From Malacoraja senta (lineage: Eukaryota), in NCBI GenBank assembly GCA_038087875.1, contig JAXLNO010000291.1, positions 1-64,000 on the forward strand: a DNA stretch of 64,000 nucleotides, read 5' to 3'. Under the pieces are notes generated by a model that searched no databases, was not told the origin of the DNA, and saw only the letters and a program-made list of their open reading frames with translations. This document shows positions 48,117-61,726 of the stretch, in pieces (the first letter of the stretch is position 1; each line of letters begins with the position of its first letter). A program made the translations under genes and the position numbers.

Positions 48117-51100
48117 CTGGGTTAATATTTCATCAAAGCCAATCTTTCCTTAGTACAGTCACTAACCCAAATCTCCACCCATGGCTGCTTCCCTCCGCAT
48201 TACCAGCTTATGTTTCAGTCTTTTCAGATTCTATTTGTCTCCCTTTGGAATAATTATGTGTCTCTAGTTTGATCGCCGTTGCTTCTAAATGAGCTAATGT
48301 CGGTCAGGGTTGTGGTCAGGGTTATGGTTTGGGAGTGGAGAGGAGTGGACGGGGACAAGGTTGTGCTGGCTATTGACACCTCCAATGTGGATGCGAGGGA
48401 CTCTCTCCACCACTGGCTGGTCTGTGTGCTAACACAGGCTGCTGGGGTTAGTGAGCAGGTTTGCACAAGCCCAGTGATTCGAACCACACCCAGTGTGAGT
48501 CAGAACCTCCAGGGCAAGGACGATTCAGCAAAAGGCCAAAAAATGATAATTTTATTCAAAGCAACAGCTCTCAGCACAGTGAGAGGCAGACATACCTGTA
48601 TGGGGCATTGCTGACAGTATCAGTACCATCAATACACCAGAGACTTGCCCGGATACACAGCTCATTCAATTCACACTAACAGCTCATTTGAGAAAATCCA
48701 CATGACACTGGCCAACCCTCACTGAAAAGAGCAGCATTACATAGGAAATAGAAAATAGGTGCAGGAGGAGGCCATACGGCCCTTCGAGCCAGCACCACTT
48801 ATGAATGAAACTATCTGAGACAATTTAGAGTCATAGACTCACACAGCACTGAACAAGCTCAACTTGCTCGCAAACGGATAGCATGCAACAAAAAGGTTTT
48901 CACCGTACATGTGACAATAAGCTAAATCAAACTAAACCCATACCGACTAAGATGCCCCATCTAAGCTAACAATTAATCAAAAGAAGGCGCTAAATGCTGG
49001 AGTAACTCAGCGGGTCAGGCAGCATCTCTGGAGAACATGGATAGGTGACAATTTGGGTCGAGACATTTTTCCAGACTGGTCAGTTTGATGTAGTGTCCCG
49101 ACCCAGAACTTCAACCCAAGTTGTCCCGAGATGCTGCAACACTAGAGGTGGGTTTGAGAGGCAACTATCTCTTCAGCAAAATAGTTGATTGGGACAAAGA
49201 GAGGCCTCACTGAATTGCCCTGTTCCTTTGATGAGCAATCTTTGTAACCATATAGTTCGTCCCCAGGTCAGGACACTGCTCCGTTCCCCAGAACAGTTGG
49301 CAAGTCTAAAAGGCGGCTGCCAGCAACATGTTGACATAAGAGTGCACGTTGACTGAGGGCCCAGTGTGGATAACCCAGGCAGTTAACGTCTCCACAAGAT
49401 GCAATGACGTTGCCTCGAACCACATGGCAGATGATGCTGCAGCAGCTGGTAAACCCACTCATCCACCTCCCAAACCCTTGCCTGTATGCTCAGGATGTCC
49501 CAGATGGATCTGGTAAACCAGTGCAGTTCCTTCCTACTCAAGACCAAAGAAAAGCCCTGACCAGGCACGTTATCTGTCCACTTCCCTCCACATATGCTGC
49601 TTGACCTGCTGAGTTCCTCCATCAGGAATCCTTGCTCAAAATTTCAGCATCAACAGTCCCAGGGGTATGTGTATCCACTTTACTGTGAGTGTTCAGTTCA
49701 CGGTGCTTAGCTTCAGTAACAGATAGGGATAAACTGGTGTAGGATAATGTGCAGGAAGGAACTGCAGATGCTGGTTTACACCAAAGATAGATACAAAAAG
49801 CTGGAGTAACTCAGCGGGACAGGCAGCATCTCTGGAGAGAAGGAACGGGTGACCTTTCGGGTCGCGACCCTTCTTCAGACAGTCAGGGGAGAGGGAAATT
49901 AGAGATATAGGATAATATTCATTTACATTTAAACCATTCTAAACCATCTTTAGGAGCAATACCAGGAGACAAAGAGGAGTCTTTATTGGTGACAAAGGAA
50001 CTAATTGACTGGGCCCAGCTGCTTTGGCCCAGATCCCGTTCCATAAACTGCTCCACAGCGTGAAGGAAACATTCTTCTCATCTTCTCCAACCTTTGGAGT
50101 ATGTTAATGTCGGCTATCTCTGCACTCCGAGTCCATGCCAAGTATTCAAGCATCTCAAGACATCAATCACATGCGAGTGGCTTCTCATCAAAGGGTTAGC
50201 GTGAGGGGTAGCGTCGCAGACTAGACCACAGATAGGAACACTTAGTTCTTTCCAACTAACCCTTTCCTCTCGGCTCTGTCTGCCCGCACTGCACACTGAC
50301 CGATTCCCAACCAGGCGCTTGGAAGAGTTGGAACACCTACAGGCAAGTGTTTTGGAAAACTCCTTCCTGCAACATGATTTTTAATAACGCTCACATACTC
50401 AGTGAAAAATAAAACACTTCTTCTCCTCAGTCTAGTTTTCAGCTGAATTTCCACAGATTCACCACCCTCTGACTAAAGAAGTTCCTCCTCACCTCCTTTC
50501 TAAAAGAGCGCCCTTTAATTCTGAGGCTGTGGTCTCTGGTCTGAGACTCTCCCACTAGTGGAAACATCTTTTCCACATCCACTCTATCTATGCTTTTCAT
50601 TATTCTGTAATAAGGAAGTCCAGCGAGTACAGGCCCAGTGCTGTCAAACACTCATCATATGCTAGCCCACTCATTCCTGGGATCATCCTTGTAAACCTCC
50701 TCTGGACCCTCTCCAGAGCCGACGCATCCTTCCTCAGATATAGGGCCCAAATTTGCTCACAGTGCTCCAAATGCAGCCTGAACAGCACCTTATAGAGCCT
50801 CAGCATTGAGAGAGTTGGACTGGAGGGTGGTGAATGGCCACATTAAGCAGACCAAGAGGTAGAAACACAGAACTGCAGATACTGGTTCACAAAGAAACTA
50901 CCCAAGCAGAATATGAGGTGCTGTTCTAAAGAAGGGTCCCGATCTGAAACGTCACCTTCCATTTAGAAACAATGAACTGCAGATGCTGGTTTATACCAAA
51001 GATAGACAAAGTGCTTAAGTAACTCAGCGGGTCAGGCAGCATCTCTGGAGAAGAAGGATAGGTGACGTTTCGAGTCTGGACCCTCCATCAGATCTTGTTC

Positions 51101-54100
51101 TCCAGCACCTTGTGGGGGTTTTTTAGGCACAAGCTCTGACTCACTCAGTCAGACAGCCTCTGTAAGAGAACGATCAGTCCAAATACCACTGCATATTAGG
51201 CCATGCATGGGTCACAATATTTTAAAAATAAAACTATCGGCTGTTTTTGAGTTTTACTAATTTGGTTAAAAAGAAAGTAAATTTGTAATTTCTATAGCAT
51301 GGCCTTTTCTGGTTATGTGGCGAGCTGATGGGGAAACACACACACACACACACACGCCATGTGATGCAGTGCTGGAATGTATCAAAAACCGTGTCAGTGT
51401 AATCGGCCGACACATTAACCCTTCATCTCCACCTCGCTCTCAGCACACGCAACATACGTGTGATCATAAGGTCAGGAGCAGAATTAGGCCATTCGGCCCA
51501 TCAAGTCTACTCCGCCATTCAATCATGACTGATCTATCCTTCCCTTCTTCTGCCTTCTCCTCCCAACCCCTGACACCCGTACTAATCAAGAATCTATCCT
51601 TCTGTGGCTTAACAAAATAACTTCATTTTAACACGAGAGGGGCAACTATTTTTTTTAAGGCAGAGATAGATAGATTTTTGATTAGTAGGGTGACTGTAAT
51701 TGAGATCTAGCAATGATCTACATTAACTGTGGTAAATCACTGTTAGCACCAAACCATTATTTAGGTGAATGTGTCGTTTGGGCAGTGAGTTTAGAACTTT
51801 CCAACGTTGAACTTCAGATCAGAGAGACATAACAGGAATACGAGCTCTCGCTGAGTGACAGCCTGACGCTGGGCTTGGTAGTCACAGTGGTTGGCACAGC
51901 CAATAACTCTAGGCCAGAATCAGCTCAGGAGCTCACCACAAAAATAAATCAAAAAGGTATTTGTTGACTTTTGGAAATGACACACTGGGGAATGCTGACC
52001 ACAACAAGAAGGGGGTCTGTGGGATGTTTCATGCGGAGAATGGATTAAACTGAAGCAGGTATACAGGCCTGTGGTTCTGTGCTGGTTTCTGGACAAGCAT
52101 TCACCCCCAAGTCCTCTTCTCACCCCATCAGCTTCCATTTTAAAACACCCGTCCAATTCCGACATCGAGTGATGACGTTCCGCAGGAGCTGCAGAGAGGG
52201 ATGGTCCCAGAGATGTGGGCCTCCAGCTGCAAGGACCATGGGTTGTTCCCCTTGGGGTGAAGAAGGTTGAGAGTTGGGTTTCATGAATGGTCGACAAGTT
52301 CATGATGGGTTTAGAGTAGTGGGAGATTGAAGGACCAGTGGACTCAAGGAAAAGATGAAATGGGATGCAAGAGAAAGCACTGCAATGTGGAGGATAAGTG
52401 GTTTGCATTTGTATCAGGCAACTGAATCATCCTACCACAACCAGAGAACACTATACTGGTGACCCTCGGACAATCTTAGATCAGACTTTACCTTGCACTG
52501 AACAATATGCCCTTATCATGTATCTGTACACTGTAAACGGCTCGATTGTAATCATGTACTGTCTTTCTGCTGACTGGTTAGCACGCATCAAAAGATTTTT
52601 ACTGTACCTTGGTGCGTGACAACAGACTAAACTAAATTAAACTAAACTAAGCTTCTGAGTTTAGAAGAATGAGGGGTGTTCTTATTGAGAAATACCGAGG
52701 AAAATGAGTTCAGATCTGTCTACAATTGTAACCCGAGCAACCCAACTTACTGTACCGTATTTGTGTCCCATTTTGTCCCAGAAATGCGGGCGATTTCCTG
52801 TTCTCCTCCACTCACGGCCAGCTGTTCCTCCCCACTCACAGATGCTGCTCTGAGATTAGCAGCCAGTTTGTAAGGAAGTGGAGCGAACAGACAGAAGAAT
52901 GCAGAGCAGTTGCCAAACTCCGGTTCTGCTAACTGAATAACAACCTCGTACACCATATATTCCCTAGTTTAGTAGCATCCCCAGATTCCCTTTCTCAGGA
53001 TGCTGATGACCACAGCAGTCATCCCTCTGGCCTGCATTTTCTTGAAGTGGTAATGACGCAGATACTTGGACTGTTGGCATTGCTTGGCTTGGTATGATGT
53101 GTCTGTTTCTGGCTGTAACATCCCCCCTGCCAGACCAGTGTCTGCACTAGCTAGACACAGCAAGGAACAGATCAGACCATGGCCATACGTATTACAGGCG
53201 TCAAGGAGCACAGATTCTTATATGTGGGACTATGCCGAGCACCAATTGTTTACCATTGTTCAGCAGTAACTAGACTTTCAAAGCTTCCCATTGGGTATAA
53301 AACTATCTGAGATGTCTTGGCAGGTGCTACATCAATGCAATTTGCTATTATCTTTCCAGCTACAGTGAGGAACTAGATGTCAGGTACTTAATATCCTGGT
53401 ATCTAGCTCCTTGCACTAAGGCAGCATTTGAGAATGGTGCGCACATCTTTGTTGGGTCAAGTGGAATGTCAATGAGGTGCAGGCTTCAGGAAACCAGAGC
53501 TCAGGTGCCAAACGTGGGAGGGAAGACATACCAGCAATGGGCTTAACCAAACCAAACGTAACCATGGCTGGGAAACGAAGGGAGGTCATCAGCTGGTCCC
53601 AAACATCTGTGTTTGCTGCAATATCCAATTTTCCAACGCAGATTCATAACTGTTTGTTTTCCTGATCATGACACCCTTCCACCATCTCATTCCCTTTGAG
53701 GTTACACTACTTGGACATTGGGAGGGAGTGGGATGGATGACAGGAGATGGTCGGTTTCCTCACCATGTGGGGTGGTGGTGAAAGCTGACCAGGATGGTGA
53801 CCATCTATTACACCTCCCGCCCCAGGTCACCCTGCCAGGAATTACCCCGAGCACGGATAGAATGTGGAATCCACTCATCCCTGCAGGCAGTTATTGGGAA
53901 AGGAACAGGGTGGACTGGTAGAACAAGGCTCGACTGGAGCGCCAACACTTCATACAAGTGAAGGCATGCTTCTGTATGTGTTCACTGGTTATAGATGGTA
54001 CCGAGGATGTTCATTGTCCACACCCAACTGCCCTTCAACAGAGGGGCTGGTGGCCTGAAGGCAGATGGAGACCAGCCTGCCGAGACATTTGTGACTGGTT

Positions 54101-55685
54101 GGGTTTTTATGACAGTCCCAGATTGCATGGTTAATGATACCCACAGTGGCCTTAGCAAATTCCAATGCTATGTAGTGCTTGAATTTAGAATGATGGGATT
54201 GGACCTTGTGTCAATGTTGGGACCCAGTGTCAATGGTCGGTGGAATTGGACCTGGCATCAATGGTCGATAAGATTGGACATTGCATCATTGCATCAGAAA
54301 TCTGACTGCTTACCCAGTAATGTAAACACAATACTACTAAATCCAATTCAGACGGGATTCAAGAACGTGACACCAATTTCAGTCCCGTTAGAACAGCGAG
54401 CTGTTGGAAAGAGAGCAATGGTTCTTCTTGTACCGAGGGTCCAGAATCAGGGATCGGAGTCTCAGAATAGGTCATTTAAGGCTAAAGAAGTGAAAATATT
54501 TCTGTGGTCAGAGCGTGGTGAAATTTGTAAACCTCTAGCCTAGAGGGCCATGGAGTCTTCAGCATGGAGTTCACCCAAACAGATGGATTTCTGGATATCA
54601 AGGATATTGAGGGGCAAGGTGAGGCTGAGCTGGAACATCAGCTGTGATCTTGATGATGGGGGGGGGGGGGGGGGAAGAGATTTGAAGACCATTTGGACCA
54701 CTTGTGTTCCTGCTTCTCACGTTCTTTTGCATCTCTGGAGCATCAGAGGTCAGCTCCTTGCGTGTGGCACAGACTCCACTGTAAACACCAAGCGATCACC
54801 GCACAGCTCATATTGCATCCACCATGAGGAATGCATCATGGCTTGGGCTGTCAATGGATACCCTGTTTACTTTGCTATTTCCCTGAAAGAAAACGCCTAT
54901 TTTAAAGAAAAACTCTGCAATCCTCTGTTGGAAAATCCGACTCGTGTCTGAGAGGAAATTGTGCTGGCGGAAGCCAGCGGAGTAAATGTATAAACTGGCA
55001 CAAAAATCCCTCCAATCCTCACTGACACGAAGGAAATATTATTTCTTTAGCCCGTTGTCAAGGTAACCAGGTTACTATGTATGCAAAATACATGTGACGA
55101 TTTAATGTTGAATCCTGTCACACAAAATCACCAGGCCAATTATTCTTGGGTCGCCAGATATGGTGCGAGTTAAGGTACGGACCTGAATCACTATTTCTTT
55201 TGGAAAGATTTGGTGCGGAATTTAGTGATGCGTATTCGTCACTGGGCCATAGTCGTTTGTATATTTGTAATATTCACTGCTCAATTCTTGTTGAGTTGAA
55301 GAGAACTTCTTGCCTTTCAGCAGTCCACCACCTTCCCAGTGTCTCTGCATTCCTCTAATTAAGTCTCTTGGCCATTCCTGGTTCTCAGCAGGTCACTAAT
55401 CAGCAAACGGCCTTGTCCTCACCTCTGAAACACTCTCCCTAACCCACTTGACCTCTCGCTTTTCATCAAGTCTCTCCTTAAAACGTATTCATGCATTGAA
55501 TCACCCATCTCCAAACTTGGTGTTAAAAGTTACTTGGTACAGCTTCTGTGAAGCATATTTGGGTATCTTACCACAAACAGTAGGGTTAGTAAACCCAATC
55601 CATTGTTAAATTTCTGATAGGTCAGTGGATCACACGAGGTCAAGAGGGTTAAGGAAGGCAAGGGTCAAGCGAACAATTGGTGATG

Positions 55686-56011
55686 GTTCTCTCACCAGAT
55701 GAAAGTTATCCAGGGTCTGACCTCCCCAGAGGAGCATGGGTGAAGCTCAACAGACTTGGTACTGGAGTTGGGCGTTTCAACGCCAGCGTGTGGAGATGGG
55801 GGCTCCACCAGAGCCCAGCCTGTGAATGCAGTGCAGAACAACAGACAGCCAACCATGTCATCTCTGGGTGCCCGCTCTACCACCCACCAAATGGAGCTGT
55901 GTCAGGGCCTGGCAGACATTGACGCCAACAGAGACAACAACCTGGCTGCTCAACACCCGGCTTGAGATCTAACTATTCCTTTGGTTTATGTTTCATTCGC
56001 AAGAAGAAGAA
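55686..56011 (+). mobile_element. 5'-truncated Ingi/Vingi-like (I-group) LINE 3' end with CCHC zinc knuckle and (GAA)n tail
   Basis: Peptide LPRGAWVKLNRLGTGVGRF...WGLHQSPACECSAEQQTANHVISGCP; tail aagaagaagaa; candidate TSD ggtgatg at 55679-55685 and 56012-56018. Confidence 0.6.
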
Positions 56012-57279
56012 GGTGATGATGACCTGCTGAGATCCAGCGATGGGCAAGAGGCAGAATTGGAGGAGACATTAACTGGGCAAGAAGCCTTTAGCACCCTCAC
56101 CCTCTCAGGTTGTGTACCTCCTTGTGTCAGGGGCTTTGTGGCAACTCCACTTCCCCACCTGTTCATCCCAAACAAGATCCAATGACTGTCACGACCTACT
56201 CAACAAGGGCTGTGGAGATTGGAATCTCTGTGTCTGAAGCTCACAATAAGTACTTCAAGCATTTAGCTTTATTTGCCAACCAACTCAGGGATTTTGCTAC
56301 CATGGCAAGAAAAAATGCATTCACTAGATATTAGAAAAATAAGAAAGCCAATAGCAGAACAATTTCAAAACCTGCAGTAAAAGGGAAAATGGTTCTGAAG
56401 CTCAGTGGGTCTGGCAGCATCCGTGGAGTGTGTCTATGGTTCAGTTAATCAAGGAGTCATGGAGTTTTACACTCATATGTAGAGGAACAAAAAAGATGAA
56501 TGAAAAACCTTATTAGTTGAGTTTAGTTTATTGTCACGTGCACCAAGGTACAGTGAAAAGCTTTTGTTGCGTGCTATCCAGTCAGCGGAAAGACAATACA
56601 TGCTTACAGACACAAAATGCTGGAGTAACTCAGCGGGATAGGCAGCATCTCTCGGAGAGAAGAAATGGGTGACGTTTTGGGTCGAGAAGAAGGGTCTCGA
56701 CCTGAAACGTCACCCATTTCCTCTCTCCAGAGATTGAGCATCTCTGTCCAGCTGAGTTATTCCAGCATTTTGTGTCTATCCTCAGTTTAATTCAGCATCT
56801 GCAGTTCCTTCCTACACGTGATAACAATTGAGTAATCCACATTGTAGAGATACAGGATAAAGGAATAACCTTAATATCGTTTAGTGCAAGATAAAGTCCG
56901 ATCAAAGATAGTCCGAGGGTCTCCAATGGGTAGATAGTAGCTCAGGACTGCTCTCTAGTTGTGGTAGAATCGTTCAGTTGGAATTATTAACTCACTCTCC
57001 AGATGCTGCTGAACTGTGGGCATTTCCAATACTTTGTTTCATTTGACACTTTTAAAGCAAACCGATTAATTTTGCTGGTCCTGACTTTGTAAATACTTAG
57101 CACCACCTCTGCATCAGAGAGTAAACCCTACTTCACATAAACCTCACCCACGTTAAGATGCCATTGAAAAAATATGTGCGGGATAAAATGGTTGAGGTGA
57201 TTATTTTTAATGCTGGAAGGGTGATGTGGGAGGCTTATAATAGGCAATGTGGTATGGACAGCAACAGTGACTGCAATGT

Positions 57280-57487
57280 GTTAAAGAAGGAACTGCAGAT
57301 GCTGGAAAATCGAAGGTACACAAAAATGCTGGAGAAACTCAGCGGGTGCAGCAGCATCTATGGAGCGAAGGAAATAGGTAACGTTTCGGGCCGAAACCCT
57401 TCTTCAGACTGAAGAAGGGTTTCGGCCCGAAACGTTGCCTATTTCCTTCGCTCCATAGATGCTGCTGCACCCGCTGAGTTTCTCCAG
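57280..57487. mobile_element. Penelope-like pLTR fold-back element with a minimal hammerhead core on each strand (best-preserved copy)
   Basis: 79-nt arms 57329-57407 and 57409-57487 inverted with one mismatch; core CTGAAGA-A-GGGT TTCG GCCC-GAAA-CGTT at 57409-57436; TSD cagtgactgcaatgt at 57265-57279 and 57485-57499. Confidence 0.75.
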
Positions 57488-60400
57488 TGACTGCAATGTA
57501 TGTGGCAACCAAATTGCATTAACTACAGTATATCAAAAAAAAGTTTTGAGGAAACCTGTAGCAAAACAAGTTCAATATCTGCAGTGAAAGAGAAAATGCT
57601 TTTAAAGTTTTGCACGCAAGGCAACTAGAAATAGTGAACATTTTACAGTAAACAAGAATAATACATTTTGGTTTCATGGAAAAAAGGAACATCTTTTATC
57701 CCTGCCAGTGGTGAGTTGGGATTGCCTCTCGAGTGGGAAGCTCACAACACTCAGGGACACCAATGCTGAAGGAGCCAAACCTTGACACATTTAACCAGCT
57801 GACCTAGATACCTGGTCAGGTAGACATGATCTCTCTACTCTTTCCACAGGGACCTAGAAATTATTTTGGCCAATATCCTTTCCTCAACCAACACCAGTAA
57901 AAGCAAAACACCGAGTATTGGAGTATGTCAAGCAGTATCTGTGGAGGAAATGGATCGGTGACGTTTCAGGTGGAATTTGGAGAGGAGACAATGTGGCCTT
58001 CAGTAAGGTGAGGAGAGGTCCAGCTGGCCAGATGTCCAATATGGGGGGGACTGATGGTACAAGTGTTGTAGGTTTAGTCCCCTTCTGTACAACCATCAAG
58101 TGATGGCTCTTACTTCATCTACTCAACTAGCCACCTAGATGAGCATGCACTGACAAGGTCCTCTGTAAATCACCCTTAATAAGTAGATGTAGAATGTAGG
58201 GCAGGATAAAATGGGTTAGGGTAGAATTAACACGTACTAGTACTTGGCCAGCATGGGCTGAAGGGCCTGTTTCCGTACTGTATTTCCCTATGGCTCTGTT
58301 TGGCAGCAGTAATTGTAAACGCGTTCAGGGTGAATGCGCGTTGAAGACGTAACGGTTTTAACACAACCTCTCAGACTGATGCCGGATAGATCAACCTCCA
58401 GCCATGCCTTCCCTGGGGACGTTCTGTAACTCCACTTAGAATAGTCAAGGTCCAAATTGGTGCTTGATTTGTGAGCTCGGGAATGCAGCACTGAGACAGG
58501 TCTCCAGCAAACTCTGTCATTTGTTGTTTCATATTGACCAGAAGTGAACAGGAAATTGCCTTGGATTTTCAAAGAGCTACAGAACACATTTTAAGGAGTG
58601 ACGTTCCTGTCATAGAAAAAGGCGGCTTTGATTCTAGACTTTTCAAAGCAATCCTAACCACGGGAAAATTAAATTTGGAAACTAAATGAAAGGGTTTGGG
58701 AACACTCACTGTAAATGTTTTCCGAACAAAACAGGTTGCTTTATTTTTATATCTGACTTTTTTTGTCAATAATAGCTCTCCTATGACTACATGTCAAACC
58801 ACTGGTTAGTCATGAATGAGCAAGTCCCAAGTTGACAGCAGAAGATTCTGTCAACGGTTGGAGAGGAATTGGACGGTTAATTCAAATAAAGGATCATTTA
58901 GCCGCTGAAACCAAGTTTCTGGTCACCACATTACAGGAAACATAGAAACATAGAAATAGGTGCAGGAGGAGGCCATTCGGCCCTTCGAGCCTGCACCGCC
59001 ATTCAATATGATCATGGCTGATCATCCAACTCAGTATCCTGCACCTGCCTTCTCTCCATAACCCCTGATCCCTTTAGCCACAAGGGCCACATCTAACTCC
59101 CTCTTAAATATAGCCAATGAACTGGCCTCAACTACCTTCTGTGGCAGAGAATTCCACAGATTCACCACTCTCTGTGTGAAAAATCTCGGTCCTAAAAGAC
59201 TTCCCCCTTATCCTTAAACTTCAGCGCACAATGTCCATGTTGATTATGATGCCAACTTAAACTGATCTCTTACGCCTTCACATAATCCATATACACTTAC
59301 ATATCTAAAAATCTCATAGAATGCCACTCTCATACTGGCCTTCACAGGCAACATGTTCCAGGCACCCACAGCCCTCTGTATAAAACAAACTTGCCCACAC
59401 ACGTTCTTTAAATTTTGCCCCTCTTGTCTTAAAGCTATGACCTCTAGTCTTTGACATTTCTACACTGTGAAAAACCTTTTGACCATCTATCTTATCTACA
59501 CCTCTCACAATGTTATCGACTTTTATCAGGTGTCCCCTCAATCTCTGGCATTTTTGCAAAACAATCCAAGTCTGCCCAACCTCTCCTTGTAGCTAATAAT
59601 AACGCCTAATCCAAACATCATTCTGAAGAAGGGTCTCGACCCGAAACGTCACCCATTGCTTCTCTCCAGAGATGCTGCCTGTCCTGCTGAGTTACTCCAG
59701 CATTTTTTCTATCATTCTGCGAAACTTCCCCTGCACCTTGGCCAAAGCCTCTATGTCCTTCCTGTAATGTGGCGAGCAGAATTCTCCAATACTCTAATTA
59801 CAGCCTGACCAAAGTCCTATAAAGCTGCATCACTCTTATCTATTTGTTGGTACATTTTAAGCTACATCTACGGCCACGCAGCTACTTAGTTGGTATCCTA
59901 TCACCATCCTCAGCACTTCTTCCCATTGCCACTACAGTGTACATCGTCTATGAAATAAGCTGCTTATCTTCAAGGCCGTTCTGATGGCACCTCCCAAAAC
60001 CTGTGAGCTATCATAACGAGAGCTTCAGGTGCATGGGACACCACCACCTGTAGGATCTCCTCCAAGTCACAAACCATCCTGGTATGGAAATATTTAAGAA
60101 GGAACTGCAGATGCTGGAAAAATCAAAGGTAGACTAAAATGCTGGAGAAACTCAGCGGGTGAGGCAGCATCTACGGAGCGAAGGAATAGGTGACGTTTCG
60201 GGTTGAGACCCTTCTTCAGACTGATGTGGGGGTGAGGGGGAGGGGGGGGAGCATATCCCCCTTCATCTCCAAGTGCCATTCACATGGACATGAGGACAAA
60301 GGGGCAGCATGCCCGTCGCCTGGTTACATGGTGACTGCAGTCTGGGTGAGATCTACAAGAGGGAAGGGGTGGATCTCTTCCACATGGCGTTCACTTTCCC

Positions 60401-61361
60401 AAGACAGGATTGGAAGTACCGCACATGAACCTTGAAGATCACTAGTGATCGGGGTGATCGCTGGTCAGCATGGACTCGGTGGGCTGAAGGACCTGGTTTC
60501 CGTGCTGTATCTCTAAAGGCTAAAGTCTAAAACCTAGAGTGTGTGCAGCGTATACATTTAGCCATAGGGCTACATCCATGATGGAGACGCACCAATACCT
60601 CATCCACATCCAGTACAGAGAGAGCGTGTGCGTGCCTGTGTCTGTGTCTGTGTCTGTGTCTGTGTCTGTGTCTGTGTCTGTGTCTGTAGTAACACAGGTA
60701 CCGTTTACAACAGGTGGACCGTGACAATCAGCTCAATGGGCCACATTTCAGACTGAGCTGCCATGGACCACATCTGAGCTGTTACACACATCTGTTGTAG
60801 CAGGAACTGGTTGCACATGTTATTCGAAGCTGCCCCATTATCAGACCTCAATAAATCTATGTGTTAAAAAAAAAACAACAAGACTTTAGACGCATTATCG
60901 TATCAAGAGACAACCTTCTGAGACCTAAACTTCCTTTGTGGTCACTCAGCACATGTGGTTCTGTTTAAATGACATCTGTAAAAAGGGTTGTTCATAATAC
61001 AGTAAGCTCAGCAAGTCCCCTGCTACCTGGCAGCATTGCTAATGGATGCGGTGTTGATGGAAACTGCAGTAAACACCATCCACAAGGAGTAGAATTAGAC
61101 CATTCGGCCCATCGAGTCTACTCCGCCATTCAATCATGGCTGATCTGTCTCTCCCTCATAACCCCATTCACCTACCTTCTCCCCATAACCTCTGACACCT
61201 GCACTAATCAATAATCTATCTATCTCTGCCTTAAAAATATCCATTAACGACCTCCACAGCCTTCTGTGGCAATGAGTTCCACATGGAGAAATTCCTCCTC
61301 AAATCCATTCTAAAGCTATGTCCTTTTATTCTGAGGCTGCGCCCTCTGGTCCTGGACTCTC

Positions 61362-61726
61362 ATAGATACATAGATACATAGAAAATAGGTGCAGGAGTAG
61401 GCCATTCGGCCCTTCGAGCCTGCACCGCCATTCAATATGATCATGGCTGATCATCCAACTCAGTATCCCGTACCTGCCTTCTCTCCATACCCCCTGATCC
61501 CTTTAGCCACAAGGGCCACATCTAACTCCCTCTTAAATATAGCCAATGAACTGGCGTCAACTACCCTCTGTGGCAGAGAGTTCCAGAGATTCACCACTCT
61601 CTGTGTGAAAAAGTTTTTCCTCATCTCGGTCTTAAAGGATTTCCCCCTTATCCTTAAGCTGTGACCCCTTGTCCTGGACTTCCCCAACATCGGGAACAAT
61701 CTTCCTGCATCTAGCCTGTCCAACCC
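61362..61726 (-). mobile_element. Young CR1/HER1-like LINE 3' end, nearly identical to 40455-40810; nested in an older CR1 copy
   Basis: Same peptide GLDRLDAGRLFPMLGKSRTRGHSL... and same tail; a related copy lies at about 58940-59220. Confidence 0.9.
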
